Assembly: GCA_964016885.1 (NCBI GenBank)
Contig: OZ024742.1
Location: forward strand, 12,090,001-12,154,000
Reading direction: 5' to 3'
Length of the DNA: 64,000 nucleotides
DNA from: Eledone cirrhosa
Lineage: Eukaryota
Part shown: positions 54,106-64,000 of the stretch, in pieces
Layout: every line of letters begins with the position of its first letter
How positions within the stretch are numbered: the stretch's first letter is position 1
Made by a program: the position numbers and the translations under genes
Notes under the pieces: model-generated
The model's database searches: none
Told to the model about the DNA's origin: nothing
What the model saw: the letters and a program-made list of their open reading frames with translations, nothing else

Positions 54106-57100
54106 TTAATTTACAGACACATACCCATTCACTGGGGCCATTCTTGCCTCTCTCACCCATCTTTCAACAAAATGCTGGGAAGAGAGCACTTCCCTTTCTA
54201 CCCTGATTTTCCTTTTCAAATGAAATTTGAAAAGGTTAATCAGGGCATCACTGAAGAAGTAAGTGCTCGTCTTCAGCCCTTTCAAACGTGTCCACCATAC
54301 TATCTCTTTCGCCATGGCCACCAGACAGATAAAAACTGCCTGCCCTTCCCGGCTAAAGGAAGAGGGCGGGGCAATCCTCCCGATGGACTCAGCTGATAGC
54401 TGGATCCGTCCCACACGCGACAGCAGGTGTTCGACATAAACCCACAAGTCAGCAATGCTCGGACACTGGACGAGTGCGTGCAGGACGGTTTCGTCGCCCT
54501 GCGCGCATCTCGGACATGCCCGGCTGACGGCACCTCCATGCCTGTAGAGTTTATCCCGAACTGGCAAAGCTCCTCGGTGGCACTGCCAGGCCAGGGATTC
54601 CTGGAAGTTGTCCATACGCCCCGGCCCGAAAGTTCTTCCGAAGAGATTGGCTAGTTGATTTTCGTCGACGCCTAGAGATTCCCCAAGTACGTCGTCGCTC
54701 TTCCACTCCAATAATCCTCTATAGAACGCCAAGGTGGAGTTTCCACCGATCACATTGCCCGATTGGTCGAGGGCTGTGAGCGCCTGAAGACATTCCAGTC
54801 TCCAAGCGCTCCCTCTCGGTCTTCGCTTGACCCAGGAATGCAGCTCCGTCAAGGAAACGAGCTGGGGAAAGACGTGTCTAGCAAACGGAGACCACACCTG
54901 ATCACCCTCGAGGAAGAGGTGGAGATGTCGTAGCCTGAGCACGTGTCTGCGCATCATCAGCCACGGCATTCCCAGCCCTCCACGTAGCGGGTGTTGACAG
55001 CAGATGGACCGCCTGACCATCGGAGCGCGTCCCTTCCACAAAAAGTGAAAGAGCAAACGCTCCAGCGCAGTCAGGCGGGGCTTAGGACAAGGTACGACGG
55101 TCAGGCGGTAGTAGATGACGGACGCGATATACGCGTTAGCCACCTCCGCTCGACCTTTCAGGGATAGCTTCCTCTCGGCCCATTTCTGGGTGAGAGAAGC
55201 CACCCTGCTCGTCACCTCGTCCCAGTTTTTGTCCGTCTGGAGGTCCGGACCGAACCAGACCCCGAGCAATTTAAATGGTCCGTCCGTCCAGCGCCCGACA
55301 ACGCTGTTGGACGGCATGGACCTGCCTCTCCACGTGCCGAGCTGCAGGCCCACTGACTTTTCCTGGTTGATCATTGCTCCTGTCACCGCTTCGTATTCTC
55401 TTAGTGTAGTGCCGATCGCCTCGGTGTGTTTGGCGTTCGACACCACTACGGTGACATCGTCCGCATATGCTGACACGGATCTTCCGCATCCTAGTTCGAG
55501 CAGGACCCCCCTCTACGTCTCCAGTTTGTGCAGTAATGGCTCGAGAGTCAATACGTACCAGAGTGACGATAGGGGACATCCTTGGCGGGCCGAGCGCATG
55601 ATGTTGAACGGTTCCGAAAGGTGAGCATTCACTCTAACCACATGGCAGCGATCCAGCCTCTGAAGACGGGCCCAAAGCCAGCCGCTCTCAGGACTGCAGC
55701 TAGCTAACGATGGTCGACCCTATCAAAAGATTTCGACTGATCTAAATTGATCAAGGACCCACCCGTGCCAGGTTCCCTAGCTACCCTCTCTACGATGTAT
55801 CGCATGAGGTGGAGGTTGTCGTGGATGGATCTGTCGGGAATGGCGCACGTCTGCGCCTCTCCCACCAGACCACCAACGACAAGCGCCAACCTCTTTGCTA
55901 GCACCTTGGCCAAAATCTTGAACTCTGTGTTTAGCAGAGTTATGGGCCTGAAATTATCTATGTTATCCCCATTGTTCGGATCCTTTCTCAACAGCGCCAC
56001 AGCTCCTCGGCTCACAGAGCTGGGAATTCTCCCGTTCTGTTGCCAGTAGACGTCCGCAAAGAGGCCTCCGAATAAGTTTGACATCTGTACGTAAAGTTCA
56101 TAGGGCAGACCATCCAAACAAGGCGATTTACCCCTTGTGCAGCCAGTCATTGCCTCCCGTACTTCAGCGGCTGTTATCGGCATTTCACAACACTCCGCCT
56201 CACTGGCCGAGAGCCGCAGCAGTCCGTCGTGGTAGACACTAAAGTCCATCCCTCGATCCGGACCGCCGCTGCCCCCGTACAGCTGTGCGAAGTGTCGCTG
56301 AAAAGCTTCACACATTTGCCCGGGATCGAGTAGCATGCGCCCGTCGTGGGACTCTAAAGACCGGATCGTGGCTTTCTTGCCACGACGCGCCTCCGCCACT
56401 CGGGCCCATTGAACGGCTTTCGTCCCCTCGTGTCTGAGAGCACTCACCCTAGCTCCGACAACGCAGCCTTCGTGCTTTGCATTGAAGAATTGGTCAAGGG
56501 CCAATTTCGCCGCAAGTACGTCGGTCGCGATGCCTTTGCTAATCGCGTCGTCTAATTTTCTAACTAATTCTCTCTCTGCTCTATTTTTCTCTATTGCTAA
56601 AGCCTTACTAAACCTACTGGACTCTATTCTAATTGCTCTTTTCAGAGCAAACCACCACCTGTTGTTGACGATGGCCCCCGTCAACGCCCGCATAACTAGT
56701 TCGCTAATCCGGTCTCTGTAGGCCTTGCGCGCTGGTAAGGAAGCGTTTAGCTTCCATTAGCCGGGTTCTCGTCTATGAAGCCTATCTAATGCAAGCACAC
56801 AGATCACGAATTTGTGGTCCGTGTAGCTGACTATCTTGAATTGTGGACAGCCTATGCTACACCTATCTATTTCCCTTCAAAATACTCTATCTAGATTTGA
56901 TCTGGATGACCCTATGCGATTTGTCCAAGTCCACATTGGCACATTCAGGAAATCCAATCGGTACCTGTCAGACAGTTCAAAACGCCTGAGCAGGTTGGTG
57001 AGGCTCTTGCACCCTCCTCCCCTATCCGCTAATCCCACACAGTCCTAGCGTGCATCTAAGATCCCGTTCTAGTCGCCCACTAACACTAAAGAGCGGGACG

Positions 57101-57492
57101 TTCCAAGAAAGGTCTCCAGACGCCGGAAGAAATCAGGCCGCTCTGCTCCTGTCGGGGCATAGACGGCCACTAGCCTGAAAGCTTGCCCGTCTCCGCTGGC
57201 CACATCCAGCACCACCAACTTACCTTCTGGGTCCAGGAATATGGCCCGTATGTCGAGCCAAACCTCTCCGAAAAAGCTTAGCAACTCCACCCCCCGATCC
57301 AGGACGGCTGGGAGATGCGTACACATCGTAGCCGCCGAAGATCGGTGCGAAGGCCCGTGCTTCGGAGATTCTGGTCTCGCTGATGGCCACTACATCTATG
57401 TCTAGGGACCTGAGGTCGTTGAGCAGGTGGCCCTGCTTCCATGACGACCCCAAGCCACGCGCATTTATGCTGCCTATTCTGAGTGAGGTCAT
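54106..57492 (-). pseudogene. Tx1-like ORF2 (AP endonuclease, reverse transcriptase, zf-RVT), disrupted
   Basis: RIGSINARGL, ISETR, VYAP, FRPITLLNTEFKILAK, LDQSKSFDRVDH, AYADD and CPRC..ETVLHALVQC, split over ORFs 57220-57492, 57069-57326, 55704-56693 and 54106-55476. Confidence 0.92.
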
Positions 57493-57682
57493 GTTGAAAT
57501 GGAGTTGAAAAGATGGGAAAGACCACTTACCTTACTTCTCGTAGAGGAAGGATGGTTTGTCCATCCTTTTCACTACTTGTGGCCTCCTCCGGAAGGATGT
57601 CCTTATAAATCCTCCTGGAGAGTCTTTGTCGGAAGTCTCCGATGTCTTTGGGGAATTTTTGTTTTAGTGTCGTGTACGTTTT

Positions 57683-59469
57683 CTATGTGATGCGAGTGAT
57701 TTGTATGTGTGGAGGTGGTGTGAACTTTTGGGTTGTTGTGTAGTCTTTTTCTGTGATGCTGGTGTTGTGTTGGATGTAGTGTAATAATTGGTTGTTCAAA
57801 TTTAATGCTTTGTAGTGTGTATCGTTTTGGTTGTTTTGTTTTGTTTGCGTTTGTTGTGGGTTTGTTTCTGTTTCGCTTTTTGGTGACTTTTGTGGTGTTG
57901 GTGATGGTGGTGTTGAGGTTAATGATGGTGATGGTGTTGGTGTTTGTGGTGATGGGGTTGGTGATGCTGGTGTGGATGGTGGCATATCTGTCCTAACTTT
58001 TTTGTTTGATAGTTTATTTGTTTCCCTCTGTATTTTGTTTTTGGAGGGGGAAGGAAGGCGATTTTTTCTTTTTTGGTTTCTTTTTCTTTTTTCTTTTTTC
58101 CTGATACCGTTTCCCACTCCTCGTCGTCACAATCTGTCTCCAGTTGCGATAAGCCGGGGAGTGGAAAATCCACCACAGGCGTTGGTTTTGGTTGTGGCGT
58201 GGTGGATGGTGTAGGCGCTGGTGCTAATTCTGGCGCGTTGGGTGGCGGTGTGTTGGTTTTGCTACTGTTGCTGGGGTTGTTGCTGTTACAGTTGCTTCTG
58301 TTGTTGCTGCTACAGTTGTCGCTGCCATTTCTGCTGCTGGTGGTGTTGATGGTTGAGTCACTGGGGTGGGTAAGAGAGGTGGCCTCAACCTTTTAGCCTG
58401 AGGGCAGAAAGCCCTTAGGTAGGTTCCTTCACCACAAACGACACACCTAGGCCTTCTGCCCTCGACGATTACCGTGAGGTGGCTGCCGTCAGTGAGGTCT
58501 ATTACCTCTGGGATCTCCTCAATGCTTTTTTGGTCCGCTTGGATCAGCAGCTCCATCCCAGTTCCGGACCAGTTCCCCTGCTTTTCTTTCGCTATTTCGA
58601 TTATCTTGGTGTTGGCTTCGATGCCGGCGCGGACGGCAGCTATTAGCCAGGAAACTTCAATGGCCGGTGGAACGTGGGTCACCCTGATCTTATCGAGTCT
58701 CTGGCCACAATAGCTTGGGACGAGTGTGAAGTCGTCACTTCTTAATGGGGCCATTGAGTGTTCTCTGGCCTCCTGTGGTGTTTCAAAGAACACGTCCACG
58801 GTTCCATATTTCTGCGCACGTCTGATGTGGGTTTTTTTGCCCACACATGTCCCAAAGCTTTTTGGATTTGGGACTCGGATGCCCGTTCCACTCGGCGCGA
58901 TTTTATGTTAATCGTCCGATAAGACACAGTGCATAGGCGCCGATGCTCCATTTTATTAGGTGGAGGGGGGTGAGGCTGACCCTGTACCCATCTTTCTTTA
59001 CCATTCATTTGGCTTCTTCTAATTCCTCCTGAGTTACCTGGATCGCTTCGCACGTTTTTGCTACTCTGGCAAAACTCAGAGTAGTTTTCTTAATTTCATT
59101 GTTGCTGTTGTTGTTATCGTTATTTTTGTTATTGTTAATTTTAGTTTCAGTTGTGGTGGTGGTGGCGTCAGTGGTGTTCGTTGTGGAAGAGTTCATTTTG
59201 GGTGAATTCATTTCTATGTCACGAGATAATAATTTATTTTTTTCTTTTGTTTCTGTAGTCGCTGTGCTGGTGGTGGGGGTGGTGGCTTTGACACCTGCAG
59301 TTTTTGGTAATGGCGGGAAATGAATGTCTACATGAGACAAATTTAAATTATTGCTACTGCTTATATTTTTAGTGTTGGCAAACGTAGTAATATTTACAAT
59401 GGTGGTGTTGGTGTGAGGGGTTAGTTTGTGAGGAAGGCTGTCAGCCTGGTGTGGCTGTGAGTCGTCCAT
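57683..59469 (-). pseudogene. Tx1-like ORF1 (gag-like), frameshifted
   Basis: MDDSQPHQ... start, SFARVAK, degenerate knuckle RRPRCVVCGEGTYLRAFCP, and low-complexity Thr/Pro and Lys-rich segments. Confidence 0.75.
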
Positions 59470-59683
59470 GATTTTTTCAAAGAAATATTTTGTTTGATAA
59501 TTATAAAAGTTTAAATTTTGGGCTGAAGGCTCCAATCTTTTTGAGTGTCCTTTTCCGAACGCAATATATGTGAACTTATAAACACTTAACAACAAAAAGT
59601 TTCCATAAATGGCAATTTGAAACAATTGAAAACAACAAACATTTGCGGAGCTCACGATAATAAGATTTCCTACGTAGGTCGCC

Positions 59684-59773
<90 letters not shown>

Positions 59774-59797
59774 GGGTGTTGACAGCAGAATAATAAT

Positions 59798-62700
59798 GAG
59801 TTCTTTATTGGCCACAAGGGCTGACATCAAGAAAAACATTACAGACGGCACAGGACGGTACGATGTGGGTTTTGTGCGTGTAAATATTTGTATTATTTAT
59901 ATGAGAAAAAAGGACATAGAAACATATATATATATAAACAATAAAAATGAAAATTGAAACAATGAAAAATTCCCCAATAGGGGGGAAACCTCCGAGGGTT
60001 ACTCGTGGCGATAACCACACAAAAGACCACGGCCACACTGACCACCAGCGCAAGCGCCCTCTCTCAATTGTTCTATCTCTCAAACTACAGGCGTATATTC
60101 CGGACCATTCTCGCTACATACACCCACCCTTCAACAAACTTGCTAGAAAGCAGCACTTGCCTCTCCACCCTGATTTTCCTCTTCAAGTGAAACTTGAAAA
60201 AGTTAATTAAGGATTCGTCGAAGAGGAAAGTGTCTGTCTTTAACCCTTTTAACCTTGTCCACCACAGAATCTCTTTCACCATGGCCACCAGGCAGATGAA
60301 AACCACCTGCCCTTCCTCCTCGAAGGAAGACGGCGAGACCATCTGCACAATGGACTCAGTCGACAACCGGATCAGTCCCACACGCGACAGAAACTGTTCG
60401 ACATAGCTCCACATGCAAGCAATGCTCGGGCACTGAACAAGTGCGTGCACAACGGTTTCGTCGCTCTACGCGCATCTCGGACAGGCTCGGCTGACGGCAC
60501 TTCCGTGCCTATAGAGCTTATCTCGAAGCAGCGCTCCCCGGTAGCACTGCCAGGCCAGGGATTTTTGGAAGTTATCCATAGGCCCCGGGCTGAAAGTTCT
60601 CCGGAAGAGAGCAAACAGCTGATCTTCTTCGACGCCCAGGATCTATCCGAGAATGTCGTCGCTCTTCCCCTCCACTAGTCCTCTATAGAACGCCAAGGTG
60701 GATGTTCCACCGATACTGGTTCCCAGCTGAGAGTGGGTAGTGAGCGCCTGGAGACATTCCAGTTTCCAAGCGCTATCCCTCGGTCTTTTTCTGACCCAGG
60801 ACTGCAGCTCCGTCAAGGAGACGAGCTGTGGGAAAACGTGCCTGGCGAACGGCGACCACACCCGTTCACCATCAAGGAAGCACCAGAGATGTCGCAGCCT
60901 CAGCGCATGTTTGCGCATCATCAGCCATGGCATGCCCAATCCTCCACGCAATGTGTGTTGACAGCAGATGGATCGTCTGACCATAGGAGCGCGTCCCTTC
61001 CACAAAAAGCGGAAGAGGAGGCGCTCCATTTTGGTGAGAGTTGGGCTGGAGCAAGGGACGACGGTGCGGAGGTAGCAGATGACGGATGCCATGTACGCAT
61101 TCGCCACCTCTTCCCGGCCTTTCAGGGACAGCTTCCTCTCAGCCCATTTCTGGGTGAGGGAGGCTACCCTACTCGTCACCTCGTTCCAGTTTTTCTCCAT
61201 CTGGAGGTCCGGTCCAAACCAGACCTCGAACAATTTAACCGGCCCGTCCGTCCAACGCCCCACATCGCTGTCGGACGGCATGGACTTGCCTCTCCAGGTG
61301 CCGAGCTGCAAGCCCACCGACTTTTCCTGGTTTATCTTTGCTCCTGTCACCGCTTCGTATTCCTTGAGGGCGGTGCCGAGCATCTGGACCTGTCTGGTGC
61401 TCGGCACCACCAGGGTGACGTCGTCAGCGTAAGCCGACCCGGATTTCCCGCATCCTCGTTCGCGTGGGACGTCCCTCATCGCCCCCAGTGTGTGCAGTAA
61501 CGGCTCGAGAGCCAATACGTACAAGAGGGACGAGAGGGGACAACCCTGGCGGACTGAGCGCATGATGCTGAACGGCTGCGACAGGTGACCGTTCACCCTC
61601 ACAACTGAGCAGATGTCGCTGTACATTGCTGCGATCCAACCCCTGAAAACGGGCCCGAAACCGGCTGCCTCGAGGACCGCCGCCAGATACCGATGGTCGA
61701 CCCTATCGAATGCTTTGGATTGATCCAAGTTGATCAGGGCCCCACCCTTTCCACGTTCCTTAACCACCCGCTCTATGATGTATCGCATGAGGTGGAGGTT
61801 GTCGTGACTGAAGTCCATGCCCCGATCCGGGCCGCCGCCGCTCCCGAACAGTTCAGCAAAGTGCTGCTGAAAACCTTCACACATCCGCTCGGGTTCTAGC
61901 ATCACGCACCCGTTTTGGTCAGACAAAGACCGAATTGTGGCTTTGTTGCCCGTCCACGGGCCCATTGGACGGCTTTTGTCCTTTGCTAAACCTAATCGAC
62001 TCTACTTTAATTGCCCTTTTCAGGGCGAACCACCACCTGTTGTTGACGCCCGCTGCCGTCAACGCCCGCTTAACTAATACGCTAATCCGGTCTCTGAAGG
62101 TTTTGCGCGCCGGGAAAGACACGTTCATCTTCCAGTAACCAGGCCATTGTCTATGAAGTCTGTCTATATCGATCTCACAGATCACAAATTTGTGGTCTGT
62201 GTAGTCGACTATTTTAAATTGTGGACAACTTATACTAGCCTTATCTAGTTCTTTGCAGAATACCCTATCGAGATTCGATCTGGATGACCCGATGCGGTTT
62301 GTCCATGTCCACATTGGCACATTCGGGTGATCCAGTCGATACCTGTCAGACAGTTCAAAACGTCTGAGCAGGTTGGTGAGGCTCTTGCACCATCCTCCCC
62401 TATCTACTAGCCCCACACGATCCCAGCGTGCATCCAAGATACCGTTCCAGTCGCCCACTAACACTAAAGAGTGGGACGTTCCAAGAAAGGTCTCTAGACG
62501 TCTGAAGAAATCTGGCCGTCCTGCCCCTGTTGGGGCGTACACGGCTATTAGCCTGAAAGCATTGCATTCGCTGCCGGTCACGTACAGTACCACCGACTTA
62601 CCTTCTGGGTCCAGGAAGATGGCCCGTATCGCGAGATCCAAGCCTCTCCGAAAAAGGACGGCAACCCCTCCCCCCGATCCTGGACAGCTGGGAGATGCGT

Positions 62701-64000
62701 ATACATCGTAGCCGCCGAAGATCGGTGCGAAGGCTTGTGCTTCGGAGATTCTGGTTTCACTGATGGCCACCACATCTATGTTTAGTGACCTGAGGTCATT
62801 GAGCAGGTGACCCTGCATCCAAGATGAGCCCAGGCCACGTGCATTTATACTGCCTATTCTGAGTACAGCCATGTTGGATGAGAAACGGGACAAGTGAGAA
62901 AGGGTCACCTACCTTGTTCGTGTGGTGAAGGGACAGTAGAACCGTCCCTTTCGCTGGTCATGTGTGTTTCCAAGAGGATGTCAGTGTATATCCTCTTTGT
63001 AACCGACCCTCTGAAGTCTCCAACTGCGTTGTGGAATTTTTGTTTTAAAGGTTTGTACTGTTCTATTGAGATTTCGATGATGCTTATGTTTGTCGGGAGA
63101 GTTCTTGGTGTTGGTGGGGTGTAGCAGTTTCTTTCTGTGATGTCTGTGTGCTGCTTTATATATTGTATGAGTTCTTTTTTGCCATGTTTATGGCTGTGTA
63201 CTTTTTGGCGGGAGGGGTGATTTTGTTGCTGTTTGGTGTGTGTGTCTTGTTGTTTTTGCGTTGTTGGTGTTTATGGTGGTGATGGTGGTGGTGTTGCTGC
63301 AAGTTTCCTTGCTGCCTTTACCCCTCTTTGTATGCCTTCGCTTTTGGAGGGTGAATCTAAGGGTTTTTTTTCTTTTTTTCTTTTTTGTGGCAGACCGTTT
63401 GCCACTTCACTCCCGCCTCAAACTCCATGTCGGATTCTGTGGCGTCTGGGAGGAGTATGTGCTCCACGGCTGTTGCTGGTGGTAGTGGAGCCATCTTCGG
63501 CAATTTTGTTGCTGGTGTAGCTACTTCAAATGGAGCTATTGGTGTTGCCGCTACTGATGATGCTGCTTTAGTTGTCCGTGGACTTGGTACGGGTGCTACG
63601 GACGTTTCCCTCCTACTCACCATGGAAGGGGCTTGTTGGTTTTTTTGTTTCCTGCCCTGCTCTTGGTAGCAGCGGACCAGGTATTGGAAGGAGAGGGGCC
63701 TTCTTCGCTGTCTTCTGACCCTTCGACCCACAGAGATAACATTTTGGCCGTCTTCCTTGTACACTTATAGGGAGTTGGAGTCCTTCCTCGATGTCTATGA
63801 TATCGGGGATAGCCTCGATACATTCCTGGTCAGTTTGTATAAGCATTTGCATGCCTATACCTGACCAATTCTCTCTCCCTATGTTTACTACTGGCAGCAG
63901 GGTCGCCCTGTTCTCGATTCCAGCAAGGACAGACGCGGCCAGCCAAGGTATGGGCACGTCGGGTGGGACCTGGGTCACTTTGACTCTCACAATTTTCTGC
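59798..64000 (-). mobile_element. Second Tx1-like LINE (copy B), diverged from A, with internal deletions; 5' part lies beyond the window
   Basis: ORFs 61919-62908 (APE), 60643-61965 (RT, SAYADD, RQGCPLS), 60085-60450 and 63613-63990 (RRPKCYLCGSKG). 3' end CCCTTGTGGCCAATAAAGAACTCATTATTATT. Confidence 0.92.

Larger units (their letters stand above)
53861..59683 (-). mobile_element. Apparently full-length but decayed L1/Tx1-like non-LTR retrotransposon (copy A), flanked by (AAT)n
   Basis: ORF1 remnants with a zinc-knuckle-like motif. ORF2 with APE endonuclease, RT and a C-terminal CCHC. The 3' end runs into (TTA)n, and (AAT)n lies on both sides. Confidence 0.92.

Noticed and set aside
54061-63669. 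Plus-strand ORFs overlapping the LINEs
   Set aside because: Antisense shadows of the GC-richer Tx1 coding sequence, with no recognisable motifs.

Overview
AT-rich, microsatellite-dense animal (eukaryotic) DNA. The tRNA-derived SINEs resemble those I recall from Octopus, so a cephalopod origin is inferred but not proven. No host protein-coding gene can be supported, and almost all ORFs in the track are artefacts of simple repeats. Main content: (1) an 8.3-kb 19-bp satellite; (2) several minisatellites; (3) tRNA-derived SINEs, including a 5S rRNA-SINE chimera; (4) RTE-type LINE fragments; (5) two tandem, decayed Tx1-like LINEs embedded in (AAT)n. The standout signal lies between about 9.3 and 53.3 kb. 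The short 'islands' between (TA)n runs are mostly non-coding inserts carrying type I hammerhead ribozyme (HHR) motifs. About 30 motifs were read by eye, in many sequence-unrelated families. The inserts show terminal redundancy, tandem monomers (591 bp), long inverted repeats, palindromic stem III, covarying stems and recurrent core variants (U3:A8, U4A). This fits a large set of Penelope-like pLTR or retrozyme elements targeting (TA)n. All structures were folded by hand, and catalytic activity is untested.
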